A stretch of 64,000 bases of DNA from Bugula neritina (taxonomy: Eukaryota > Animalia > Bryozoa): assembly GCA_964035545.1 (NCBI GenBank), contig OZ037768.1, positions 12,905,675 through 12,969,674 on the forward strand, in the 5' to 3' direction. The notes beneath the pieces are model-generated. The model was not told the DNA's origin and did no database searches. It was given only the letters and a program-made list of their open reading frames with translations. Shown piece by piece: positions 15,301-30,462 of this stretch; the stretch's first letter is position 1, and each line of letters begins with the position of its first letter. The translations under genes and the position numbers were made by a program.

Positions 15301-18300
15301 ATAGAATCATATAGACTATATTTTGTATAAAAGTTTTAAAAGTAAAACAAACTTATTGCAATGTATGGCAATGAACCTTTATATTATAGAGCTTCAATAT
15401 TTTAACTGCTTTTGTGGTTAGTGTAGAGTTTATATGTTACAGAAAAGATATTTTTTAATTCAAATTTATTAAATACATGCATTTGCAAAAGTTGCATGCC
15501 TTATTAGACAAAATGAATAAGTATAGCTTTGAAATGCACTAAATTTTATTATAAAAAACAACTTTTACTAGGAAAAACTCTGCTGCTGGTGATATAACCT
15601 TAAGCTAAACGCATGCAATAACATTTTGCTTTTTTCCTCAAATTAAATATTTACCAATATTGGTATAGCTTGTGATGACAACATGATATAGATAATATTG
15701 ACTTAACCACACCCCACATATATACTGATATGTTCAACTCAAAGATTGAAGATGCATTTTTTAGGAAAATATGTTATGCACTGCAGTACTTCAAATAAAA
15801 TCTTTTACTTTATGACTAACATATACCACTATAACATATATTCTTATATTATTACGTAATACAATAGTGCTTCAATTTTAGACAAGTTGCTGATCAACTG
15901 AAAAGAGGCGATCTGGTAGAAGCAGAGGGGTTTGAGAGTGTGACTGTGTACTTCAGTGACATTGTTGGCTTCACCTCCATCTCTAGTGACAGCACACCTA
16001 TACAAGTAATTATAGTTTTACCTTTACATATTATTGCATCTATGGTATGGGGGGGACAACTTCAATTACAGTTTGGGTTTTGAAAGCTGACTAATAATTT
16101 TATTAAATCGATGTCTACTTCAATATTTGAGATGGGATCTTTATTTCAAGGATAAGTTATATTAACTATCTGTAATATTCCTTTTTTCTCCAAATACACT
16201 GTCATGATAGGTATTGAGTAACATAATATTACTATAATATAAACAAATTATCTGCAGTTAGCAAAGAGTAGAATTTATCATCTTCTATAGAACATTTGAT
16301 TTTTTTTATTTTAATTTTAGATTGTACGTTTGTTGAATAAGCTCTACTCCATGTTTGACAAAATAATCGGGGAATATGATGTTTATAAAGTCGAGACTAT
16401 AGGTGAGTTAAGGAAGACAACTCTCAAAGCTCGTTAACAGTTTATTGAGCTTCGCTGGTTACCTTGAGATATAAAAAGCACTTCCTGTTTAAGTACAGTG
16501 AAACAGAGCAACAATTTCAGTTTCTCCCTTGTGTTTGATTGTGCATTCATAGAACCAGGAAGTTTGTACATTTAGCTAGTTTGAAGAAATTTCAAGTGAA
16601 CATATAAAAACACATCATGAACTTTACTAAAAGAGGATTTGCATATGATTATAATAATATATTTCTCTTTCTGTTTGTGCTTATTTGTTAAGAGCTATTT
16701 TTTCTGTCTGCAATAAATTATTGCACTGTAACAGCTGCAGGTACTATATTAACATTATTTATTATTTCTGCTTTTGCTTCAAACTCAAATACTTCCAATC
16801 TTTAGGAGATGCATACATGGTTGCATCTGGCTTGCCCAGAGGAAATGGAGACAACCACGCTGGTGAAATTGCATCCATGTCACTGAATCTTCTTGATGCT
16901 ATCAGGACATTTAAAATTCCACACAAGCCTACTGAGATTATTAAACTGAGAATAGGTATTCACACTGGTAAGAAGAATAGCTCATTACTTCATATCTCTT
17001 TTTTAATAAACATACAATGTTTAGAAAAATCTTTAGCTAAATACAAATAGTTAAAAATATTATATCTCATAAAGTTGAAAGTTTACCTTAAACTTTACAA
17101 AATTAATATTTTCAAGCTTTGCAATATTATAATCCATGAGAAAAGTTTTCAGACTATGCATCTTTATTCATTACTAATGACAGTCTAAAATACCATAGTA
17201 TTATAAAATGAGAACAAAAGTAGCAGATTTGTACATAATATTTTAGGCCCATGTGTAGCTGGTGTAGTTGGATCTAAAATGCCACGCTATTGCTTGTTTG
17301 GAGATACTGTTAACACTGCTAGCAGAATGGAATCTAACGGCCTACCTCTTCGAATTCACACTTCTAAATCTACGAAAGCCGTACTTGATAAGCTTGGAGG
17401 ATATAAACTTGAAGAGCGAGGTTTTATAGAAATGAAAGTAAGTTTTTTGAGTGTTACCGGTTTTTTCTGTAATAACACTTTTTGAATTGAATTTTGTATC
17501 TTATATACTTATGCAGTTTCCAATCCATGTTATCAAATTTATTTGGTAAAAGTTGTATGCACCTGAGTTTTATTGCAATGGATATTTTTCAGGGTAAAGG
17601 TGCCCAACAAACGTATTGGTTAGTTGGAGAAGATGCCAGCGTAAGGAAAAAACGACTTAATGATTGCGTCAGTCTAACAAGGTTTGTTTTAATTCCTGTC
17701 AGCACAGTTTTAATCAGCACTAATGCACCCCTATCTTGCAAGATTTTGAAATCAGTTTATGACATTATACTAGTTTTATTCTGCATGTTAAAAAAATTCC
17801 ATGGTATTTCTTTTTCATTGGCTGTATATATCATTGTTTGCAGTTTCAGTAACATGAGCAAATTTTCTATCTATCAACGGAAAGAACACCACTTGAATCA
17901 TCGAACAAATACACTTCACAAGCTACGAGAGATGCCTCTGACTGAAATTCCAGAGACTTCTATACGTCAAAGGTTAGAATTGACTGTCAAATTTAGCACA
18001 TTTGTTGAGAGTTGATTTTTAAAAAGTTTATTTTTGACTAATTAAGATACTAAGATGGATGAAAATTTTGTTTATAGCTAATTGGGCTTCCAATTCTAAG
18101 CTCGGATTGTGCAGACGACTTCTCATGCTATAAAGAGCTGCTGTAGTTAAAAGATGCGCAATAAATGTAAATTTGTACTGGTTTCCAGTGCTTATGCAAG
18201 GTGCATTATTATGTAACTGCTTTGATTGAAACTATATATTTTTAAGATATCATAATTTGCCCAATAAAATGTGAGTAAATTATGATTTAAATTTTACTTT

Positions 18301-18804
18301 TTCAGTGAAGACGCAAAGATCAATTTCAGACCAATTGGCTTTAAAGAAAGCCTGAAAGACCCATCTGCTGTGTGGTCAGATGGTGATAAACCACTTGTGA
18401 CCACCAGCGTTGTTTCCATGGAACCAACAACAAATCAACAGCAGCATAAAGATGTTACAAACTTGAGCAACAATAACGTGATGGAGCTCAACAACTTAAC
18501 ATCCGTCTGCAAGATGACTCGAAGCAATCACAGTAGTGGCACTGGAAGCACGGTCAGTCTTGATACAGAAATGAATATTCATGGTTCGGACAAAACCTTG
18601 AACAACTGCCCGCCGGCCTACCAGACTTTAGAAATAGACGATGAACTGATCAATTTACTGACATTGAACAATCATAAAGTTGGTATGAATCATCACAAGC
18701 CCAAGAACTATATGAGGGTGCTGCCTATGCAGTCTAGACAAGCTGAGGAACAAGAAACGTGTGATAAATCTTTTTTACTTGGCTTCAAAGACCATAAGAT
18801 TTAA
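391..18804 (+). CDS. Receptor-type (membrane) guanylyl cyclase, NPR-A/Gyc76C-like; 24 exons visible, 5' end (signal peptide exon) upstream of window
   Basis: Phase-consistent GT-AG exons: 391-644, 1096-1260, 2083-2277, 5179-5305, 5911-6060, 8639-8802, 9760-9904, 10232-10395, 10622-10745, 10960-11141, 12003-12179, 12889-12993, 13193-13264, 13537-13705, 14033-14194, 14293-14473, 15156-15296, 15882-16005, 16321-16402, 16806-16967, 17247-17437, 17593-17681, 17844-17972, 18306-18804 (TAA). Domains: ANF-receptor-like ectodomain ([23 protein letters not shown]); juxtamembrane [10 protein letters not shown]; TM helix [23 protein letters not shown]; kinase-homology domain ([32 protein letters not shown]); hinge ([16 protein letters not shown]); cyclase ([37 protein letters not shown]). 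Confidence 0.95.
9490..9695 (-). mobile_element. tRNA-derived SINE (degenerate) in a guanylyl cyclase intron
   Basis: Minus strand begins GCATCTGTGGTCCAGTGGTTGG (A box) ... GGTTCGAATCCC (B box). The acceptor stem does not pair. Its 3' body shares GTTCTCACAGGG and a T-rich tail with the copy at 27175-27410. Confidence 0.6.
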
Positions 18805-19363
18805 ATATTTACTCATCCTGTACAAAATTATGTGGTGTATATTGTTTAGCTATTATGTGGTACCAGTTTTGTGTAATTGTATATTAAATGTTTTATTGAA
18901 ATGTATCTTATTTTATAATGATTCTTAGACTACAAAATATCTCCTAAATCTGATAGTATACACAATATTTTTATAGCTTCTACTTCTTACCCACTATGTT
19001 TATATTAGTATAAATGCTATCATTTCAGTCAAAGCTAAATCTCAGGATGATAATTCATAACAATTTATTATCGAAAAACAGGTAGTTGGTTTTAACTTTG
19101 GGAACATATATATCACTCGAATCATCTTTCTATATTTTATTCCTGTAATATTTTTGTGCATTATGTTATGGTACATGCATAATTAATATTGTAACAACTA
19201 TGTTTATTTCATTGTTGATTCATCAATATTTTAATATGCATTTGAGATCATTTAGCATTAGCTTGAGTATTTTAGTTTTGAAACGGGTATTATAAAATAT
19301 GTATGAATTACTTCATTTTATGAATAGATAACTATGTGTGTTTATTTAATAATACAAACGGGT

Positions 19364-19369
19364 AATAAA
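19364..19369 (+). promoter_or_regulatory. Candidate polyadenylation signal of the guanylyl cyclase gene
   Basis: AATAAA ~560 nt after the stop codon at 18804; AT-rich context makes a chance match likely. Confidence 0.3.
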
Positions 19370-20207
19370 TATGCAAAAGTAAAAGAAAGTGATCAAAGTT
19401 GCATGAGCACTTTTAACACATGCAAAAGTTTAAACCCTTATCAAATTTTGAAACAGCAAAAAAGCATATAAAGAGCTTATTATTTTTCCATAATATAAAA
19501 ATAGCTTTCTACAGACAACTTCAAAAGAAGAGAAGTCATTTTGCAGATGTAGTGCGTTGAGTGAGGTCTTGTAAAAGCAAGTTGCTACAAACATCTTTTT
19601 GTGCTCGTACACAAATATCAAAATACTGTAGTTGGATGACAGCATGCATGTTATTGTTAGAAAAACATGAAGGTTGACACAAATGCTTGCCTTATCTGAA
19701 CTCGAACTATTGATGGGGTTTGAACACACATGTCATTTGAGATGCTGTTTTATTGCTCAATGGCAACATTTTTTACATATGATCTAAACTGCTGCCTAAA
19801 ACTAAATAATTAAAAAGTTTTTTCTGGATATAAATTTGGTTATAATGAAACCACCAACAGCTATGTGTAAGTTTTAGTTAGTCTTTATCAGTATAGATAT
19901 AAGTAGAATACATTATTCTGAAAATAATGTATAATGGCAGTCATTAATAAAATGCAAAAAATTAAGACAATGTTTATTTTTTAAACTAGAAAATAAATAT
20001 TCAATTGATTAGTTAATACAAGTTGGGTGTTAAAGTTAAACTTAGTTAGCAACTTACTATTTTAAGTTTAACATCCATTACTCTTATTATGGTGGTTATA
20101 TTTGGAGTTTCTGTTATGTACAAGTTTCATAAGCAATACATTATAATCTATGGCAGTCTTTGGACTACCTTGGGTGTTGGTGTATTAATGCATGTTGATT
20201 GACATTG

Positions 20208-20590
20208 CTTACTTACTTACTTATTGACAAGGTCTGTATAACTGGTTAAATCTCGTATCAGCTCATAACATCTACTGCCTTCGTCACTATTGACTTCCAC
20301 ATTTTTCTATCTTGTGGCAGATCTATAATACATGCATTGATTAAAAGTAATGTTAGCATAACATGTTTGATGTCTTTTTTGACAGCATTAACCCATGATA
20401 TTTTCCTGGTATATCTCTAATGCCTGCTTGGCTGGTGCACCTTCTGGTAGTCTGAAAAGGTGCCCGAGCCATCTTATTCTACGTGTTTTTATGGTATGGG
20501 ACCAAGGTTTCTGCCATGTCTTCTTATATAGCTCATCGTTGCTGATATTTTGAGGCCATCTCACCTTCAATGTTTTACGTAGGATGTATC
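20208..20590 (-). mobile_element. RTE-clade non-LTR retrotransposon, 5'-truncated 3' end
   Basis: Minus-strand peptide KVRWPQNISNDELY...IKTRRIRWLGHLFR, then (frameshifted) DLPQDRKMWKSIV, typical of the RTE ORF C-terminus. Ends in a (TAAG)4 tail (CTTA x4 at 20208-20223), a short-repeat tail typical of RTE. Confidence 0.8.
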
Positions 20591-21270
20591 TTTAGCATAG
20601 GTGCTTGACTAAGCGGTGAGAAATTCTCCAGCTTCTCTCTTAACATACAAGAGGAGTTTGGCTTCCAGGTTAGAGATTTTGTCTGTTGGTGCACCTCGGT
20701 CTAAGTACTCCTAGCACAGCTGGCACACCTCAACAATTTCCTAGTTTAGCCATTTAAGCTCCCAGTCTCTCATCTGATGCATGCACTTTCTGTTTAATCG
20801 GTATACACTTTATTCTGTTCAAGCATGTATGTTAACTTTTCTGTTCTACCTGTATGCATAATTTCTCCATTCTATTCTACATAATATACCATCTTATATA
20901 ATATTATACTTATGTTATTTATAATATCACACAGGCTATCTCATACGCCATACTTTGCATTACTGTGCCTACATAATATTATTTTACTTAAATCATAGTT
21001 GGGCTCTCTCCGTAAAAAAGGGAGACAACTAATTATTGATAAACTCAAAACTACAATTAATTAATATTAATATTAGTATTAATATAGCGCTTTAGGTTAC
21101 ACGAAAATCGCTTTAACTAGCGCCGACTTGAAAGTAACGGAGTGCAATGGTTAGAGTTCTCGTGTTCGAACAACGATGTACCCAAATATTGTACACATCC
21201 ACCTCAAACTTGGTGCTGTTTTTAGCGATTCTTTAGTTACAGTTGTTAGTGAATTTCTTTATAATATAAG

Positions 21271-21405
21271 CAACTCTGAGTTAGGGGCGACTGAGTGCAG
21301 AAGTTTGCAGCTCCCGAGTTTTTAGAGTTAGGGTTTATTGAAGCCCCAACTCAAAATCTCTATAACCACAAATTACTGCATCTAGTCACCCCCAACTCGG
21401 AGTTG
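21271..21405. mobile_element. MITE-like element with ~30-bp imperfect terminal inverted repeats
   Basis: CAACTCTGAGTTAGGGGCGACTGAGTGCAG ... CTGCATCTAGTCACCCCCAACTCGGAGTTG, plus an internal GAGTTAGGG/CCCCAACTC inverted pair. Confidence 0.5.
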
Positions 21406-21699
21406 TTCATAAACTTATTTCTTGTTAGTAGTTGCCAGCTACACCAAGGTCGTACTACTGCGAGTACTACAGTTAAAGTGTACGTCTCGTCGCTAGTTAC
21501 TTGGTACGTAAATTTTAAGTTCGAAGGCTAAAGCTCAAACTGAAACTGAAACAACTTTTTAATTGAATTTGACAAGTTTCATTCACTGATTCAGGCAAAA
21601 TGTTTAATTTTCTTCTTGCTCAAGACGAAAATAGAAAGTTCAAATAAAATTAAGATTTGGTAACTAACTCTAAGTCTAAAGTACTTAAAAAGAATACTT

Positions 21700-21935
21700 T
21701 GACTATAACTATAACTGTATAAGTAAGTAAGTTTTATTATAAGTATAAGTATTAGTATTACTATTAGTATTAGTATTAGTATTAGTATTGGATTATTTAT
21801 ATTACTATTACTATTAGTATTAGTATAACTATAAGTATTACTAATGAAGTAATGTCTATTAGTATTACTATTAGACCTAGTATTAGTATTCTTAATAGTA
21901 ATACTATTAGTATTACTATTACTATTAGTATTACC
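21700..21935. repeat. Degenerate (TATTAG/TATTAC)n low-complexity tract
   Basis: Repeated TATTAG/TATTAC hexamers. Confidence 0.8.
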
Positions 21936-23321
21936 ATGAATTTAACATTAACTCACTTCAAGTTCAACGTGAACAAAATTTGTCGTCCAAGTTGAATTTG
22001 AAGTCACTGACTCACTCACTGCCCACTGGTCATTATCATTACGATTATTATTAAGCCTGATCCCCCTGATCATTATCAGATTATGGTTTTGAGAGTATCA
22101 ATTTTAGTTTTATTTTCTATTATTTTAATTTACAATTACATTTGCATATAAGTTATCATGACTACTGGCATTGCGCAGTGTGCTCACCATTGAACTGCAG
22201 CTATAAATTTTAGTTCATTGGCGCTCACTATGACTACATTTACTATTACACAATTACTAATCAAAATACCTAACAGAAATAAAATGCAAATTCAAGTTGG
22301 TAATTTTAAAGGTAATTTAAATTAGTAATCACTAATAGTAATAGTAATCAGGATGAGGCATTCCACTCATATATAAGTGGGGTGGAATACCTCAGATAGT
22401 GACTTGGACCGAAGTTGTGCTTATGTGATGTTCTACTCTCTTTAATAACATATTATAATTATATTATTTTGTAATCATACTACTGTAAAGAGTCAGACCT
22501 GGGCTCTGTAACTAGCAAGTCTGCAGTACACTATCACTGACTTGCAATTCCGTTCTCTCTCTTATTCTCCATAAAGAGTTCTGTGTTGTGGGCGCAGTAT
22601 TAGCTTTTTACAAACCCCCCTAGTAATTTTACTCTCTGCAATTCCATTGCAGCACAAAATTACAACAATATAATCATATTGTTAGTTGTAATTATACTTG
22701 TAATTATAGGCCTAGAGGATGTTTATTTAATTAATCAATTAATTAATTAATTATTTAATATTGTGTTACTATTTGTAATATTAATAGGTGCAAGAAATAG
22801 TGTAGCTTAACTGCATTATTATGATTATGCGTTGCTTTGCAGTATGAGTAAATTACTTTTTACTAGCCTCTTTACTAATTCTTTTATTGTTACTAATAGT
22901 AATATAATAATCTTTTTTTGCAAATTCTTGTACTATATAGTTGTCCGTAACTGGTTTCTGGTAAAATTATGTAAATTTAGTGTGCTTGGCTGTGCTTATC
23001 AAGGATGTTTTGCTTTGCTAGCCGGTTTTCCTTCAGTAAGTAAAAATGCTTGTGTACAAATAAGTTGTCACCCTAACATATAATAATTATATTATATAAC
23101 TGAACTTCATTACTACAGCTATTAGCTTTAGAACAAATTGAATTTAAAAACATAAATTAAACATTTAAACGAAAAACATAATTTGTAAATATGAGTTTTT
23201 GACTATATATGTCTTTAAAACATTTGCATTCTATGCATAATACATTTTAGCTTACTAGCATGGTATTCATTTTATGTTTGTAAATTAACTTGAAATTTTG
23301 ATAATTTTGCAGTTTTAGTTT

Positions 23322-24714
23322 ATGGACATTCACATTCTCAATGATGATTGTCTACTATACATATTTAGCTTCCTGTCACCTAAGGATCTAATAAATTGTG
23401 CGGAAGGTGAGAATTTAATTAATACCTGTTTACTGCTGTTCTGTGAACTTTTTACATTGTGTGTCAAATTATTTAACCATCAAAATTATCTAAAGTTGAT
23501 TGTTGCGTTGTGAAAAATAATTGCCTCCACCGAGATTCGATCTACAGACCAATTACATTACCAATTACACCACAGGGGCTGCTGGGTAAATTCAAAACTA
23601 CACATTGTTACCTGGTTCCAGTTCCCTAGATGTATTCTTTATTTCAGGTTGTAGGATATATACTAATATTAATTTTTCTTGATTAATGTACCAATTATGC
23701 ATTGCATATTGTCTTATAAAATGCTAACAGTATGTCAAAGGTGGAGAGATTTGAGCCTGATATCAAAAGCCATCATAAAAGAAATAATAATGTTGGACAT
23801 GCTGACACGTAAAGATGGGTCAACATCTGATTTGGAAGACATATTGAAGATTTTGAGTCGGACAGAAACTGTCTTTGTAACCTCACTTGATCTTAGTTTC
23901 TGCTTTTTGCATGAGGCTGATCTCTCCAAAGTGATAGGTTAATTTTTGTTATTATATATGTTATTGAAGTTACGGGTATAACGTGTTGTTGCCATTGATG
24001 AATTGTGTCAAATGCAAATGCTAGTCATGCCTGCATCCTAACTTTTCTCTCTCGATTTGTCATGAAATTTGAAAACCTAGTAGCAAACTAGCAATGCTAC
24101 TTCATTTTTTGATGAATTTTATTGTATTTTACACAGTTTTAAAAAATTTAACACATGTTGATAAAATAATTAATTGTGCTTGTAATGAAGGTTGAACCCT
24201 TTAAGTTCAAACTGGTTTGGTTCTTCATAGTTAGAGTTCTACAGTAATCTTATTTTAACGCCGAGTTCTACACAATTTTAGTTGTGTGTTATTTAAATAT
24301 CAATTATGTATCAAAACTTCCTATTTTGAAATAAGTGTATATTTTTTCAGCCATGGTACCTGCTATTAAGAGTTTAAAACTTGACTATATGCCGTATAAC
24401 TTATCGATTGATCACGTCTTCAAAGTATTGATGGAACACGATTGCAAAGTTACAGTGAGTTCACTCAAATTATTGTATATATATAAAAGAAGTTTATTTA
24501 AAATTTGTGCTATAATAATATGTTGAACTGTAGTGATTGTGACTTATTAAAGTACACCATGTTTTTATTAGGCGCTATCCATTCGGAACCCTGGTATTCA
24601 TAAGACTGGTAAAGATTTAGCTGAAGAACCTAATTTAACATGATGAGTTTTTGTTTTATCAAAATCATGTTCTTGTATACCTGTTTCCTTACAGTTTCGG
24701 ACTATATTGAGTAG
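23322..24714 (+). CDS. Short F-box protein with degenerate LRR-like segments (~150-155 aa)
   Basis: Exons 23322-23406, 23731-23937, 24351-24454, then either 24572-24643 (TGA) or 24572-24608 plus 24695-24714 (TAG). The F-box motif LNDDCLLYIFSFLSPKDLINCAEVCQRWRDL is formed across exons 1-2. LRR-like segments VTSLDLSFC, IKSLKLDY, VTALSIRN. 3' end uncertain. Confidence 0.75.
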
Positions 24715-26565
24715 AGTTTTACAGTGAGATATTATATTTTTTCATATACCTTATAAATCTTATATTATAGGAAATGTAATCAATCTGACTTTTCAGGAAA
24801 ATAAAAGCTAGGATTTAGTGGTTGAGACATGTTATATATTACTCCAGATATTTTATTACAGAAGTAATAGTTTTTTATCAGTATATTATCGACTGGAAAA
24901 AGTTAGTTTACGGAAGAGTTATCAAACATAAAATAGTTTTAAGCATTTTATGTGAACAATTTATTATAATGTAAACAATCAGTTACGTATATTGGTCTCC
25001 TGGATGAATAATAATTTGTTGAGTCATCATGGCGCATTCCCAGCTGATTTTCGGTAGCATGCAATACTTCTAACTGTTTCTTAGCTATTTGCTTTAAATG
25101 GTAGAATCTAAAAGAAGCAAAATCTTAATAGCTTTATAAATATTTAAACTATTTTTATCACATCTATTTGTTAGTATTATAGTATAGTAGAAACTAATTT
25201 AGTAAGGATGTGAGTGCAGTTGGAATTTAGCACATAGTATACAATGTATAATTTCATCATTTTCCCTGTATAATTGAGTTTTAAAATAAATTTTACGCTA
25301 ACTTCTCACCTTCCTCACCTAGAGGATTTCAGTCCTGCAGTGGCAGCTGTAAATCATGTGCTAATATATTAGTTAGTATATCTGCATTATACAAAGCTTA
25401 TTGGAAAAGGGAGGGGGGGGGGGCGGCTGCGAACAATACTTCTGTTTATGTACAGTAAACCAATAAAATGTTTCATCGTAATACACAAATGTTATGGATT
25501 ACACTTGCAAAATTGGCTTGTTGAAATTTCAGCATCTTTAAATCTTCATTTATTCTAGCTATTATAATTTATCAATGGTGTAAAACCACTACTTTGTATT
25601 AAATATTGGTTATAATTATTAATATACTCAACATTTTTAGTTTGACAATGTATCTGCACTTTTATAACAGCATACAGTTTAAAAAGTTCGAGTATATACA
25701 TAGTAAGCAGCTGTTGTAACTCGTCATAGAATTTTACAGTTGCTACATACAGGGTCTTCAAACTGCAGTAAAACTTGCTTCTTAAGTAAAGTGGTAGGTA
25801 AATAAATTGATCATGGACATCTTAAGGTTTTTTGGTGGGCCATGCCAGTCTGTGTGAGGTGACGCACAACAATTCTAAAAGAGTAGAAATTAGCATCTGT
25901 AGTCTTTCTACAATGCTGTAATTACACTTATATTTATTACATTATTCTTTCTCTATTTATGTACCTACTTAAATACCATACTCTAACTTTATCATATGCA
26001 TGTTGGAAAAATAAAATACAGCAAGTTTGCATTTTCCTAAAAGTAATTTTTTGCAACCAATTGCTTCATCAATGAGGAAGGCTGTGTCACCAAGTTTCAA
26101 ATAAGCTAAATGTGCCAAGTAAGCTACAAGTACAACAAAGTTGGTTTGAGAAGTTGTTTACTATTGTGACTGCTAACATATCTATCCAGAAGTGGCATCA
26201 AATGCTATATACTAGGATTACTCTATGTAGGCATAACCTCAGATCTTGCAAGTACCATAGGAAAGATATACTACTAAACTAGTCAAATTGAAAACTACTT
26301 CAAACACTTTTTAAACTCCATTTGTAATGAGCAGTTGTAAGATAAAAATCACTTTAAGCCTTTAAAATGCAAAGATACACAACCATATCAAACTAAATTG
26401 TATTTCGAATTATGTATTTGTTTAATTTGAACAAGTGAGAAAAAAGAACAATATAAAACAAGATTAACCTTGTTTGCTGTAAGCAAACTTACAATTGAAG
26501 AGTAAAATTTGAATAATGAGAAGACACTTGAGTCTTCAAATTTGGAGCAGCATCAACATTCAGTC

Positions 26566-28674
<2,109 letters not shown>

Positions 28675-30462
28675 CTGATATCACCAAAAAAGCTTAGACC
28701 CAGTAAAGCTCAAAGCTTTGTAAATAATAGCAAAGCTTTTTGGTTTGTAAAAATCCTATTTAAGCTATATTTATATTTATATATAGTTGAACTAAATTTC
28801 TTTAAACATTAAACAATTAAATTAAAAAAAATATTTGCAGAGGTTAGTTGTTTGTATCTATTTTCATTTGAATAAAGATAGTTAATATCACAATTTTGAT
28901 TTGAATGGCGCTGAATTTTTGTATAAAATGATACATGGTATGGGATTGTTAGTGCTGAAAATAGCAGCTCCCCTGGGCTGTTTCGCTAACTTACTTGAGC
29001 CTGAGAAACTATCACTTTTCTCTATGTCAAGAACAAAGACCATCGAAATATGTTTGTAAACGCGTATATCAACTCTATAATAAATTTTTTACCTCTTGCA
29101 ACATAGGTAGCCAAAAATACTGGTTCTTTTTAGCATATCAGACGACAACAAATGACGTCGTAGCCAAGCTGTGCTTTATAATCTTTATGATCAAAGTTTT
29201 ATCTCGGTGAGTCTGAATCTGACTGCAGCTCTAATAGTACTTCTTCATCTTTAGAGTCAGATGACACTGGCTCTAGTTTCTATTTAGCTCTTTTGTTCAA
29301 CCTGAGTTTCTGCTCATTTTGGCTATTTACTATTCGGCTCACATTGGAAGTGCATGTTCAAATTTTTCTTGAAAGTTGATGAAAAGCCTTAAACTTGTGG
29401 GTTTGTATAAATTGATGACTCTCTCAAGCTTGGCTTTACCTTAAAAACCCATGCAATTGTGTGCAGTCCCGCTGATGTTTTAAATCTGTTGACAGCAGCA
29501 AACTAGTAGACAAGCTATTTTAACTCAAAAGTTGTCACTCTGTAATCCATTCTTGAGCAAGGTAGCAGATAGGAAGTGAGGTCCTAGCTGCCATGACAAT
29601 AAGGAATACACTAACTAAATACCTGCACAATACATAGTATGTTATTATTTAACTATCCTAGAAATTAAAGTCAAAGTGCTATGTTTCCACACAATGCTTA
29701 TTGCCAATTTCTGTTGAATCACTTTTATTTCAATGGAATATTACTAGTTACATTATTTTCATTCACTTTTAATAGTTGTTTACCTTGTTACTCTATTAGT
29801 ATCACAAACCAAGCACACCAGCAATAGAGCCCCTCTGGGGTGGGCAGCTACACACACAATTTGACCACTGAACTATAACATAATATTTTCATTACTTTCA
29901 GCCCAGAGTAACAGTTATATTTGAGTGTTTTAGGTCATTATTTTTATTATGATAAAATATAAACAACATGAAACTATTTGTGATTTATGAATATTGGAAT
30001 AGCCTGCTAAGCCTGAACTGAAGTTTATAATAATGTAATTTAATTTAGAACAATAAATAACACAAGTTTAAAGATTAAATTCTAAATGGCAATGAGAGTT
30101 TTGATTGGGAAAAAAATAAAGTATGCCACTCCATAAAAATACAAATATTACAATATATTTGGTTTATGGCAAAATACACACTAGGGGTTATGGAGCTGCA
30201 TGCAGTGACTAGCAGAAGACAAGAATAATGAAAGGTAACCTATACATTGTGTTAGAATCCATGATAACTATAATATATCCATGCTGATACTTTAAATAAT
30301 GATTATTGTCCCCAATACAAGGATGCATATCACATAAAACTGTTGATATATACAAAATATGTACATATTTACAATTGAATTAAAAAAAATTAAATATAAA
30401 TTAAGAGTGAGCAAAATAATTTGAAAAACTTCACAGATACATTGAAACCTAGCAAAAGCATA

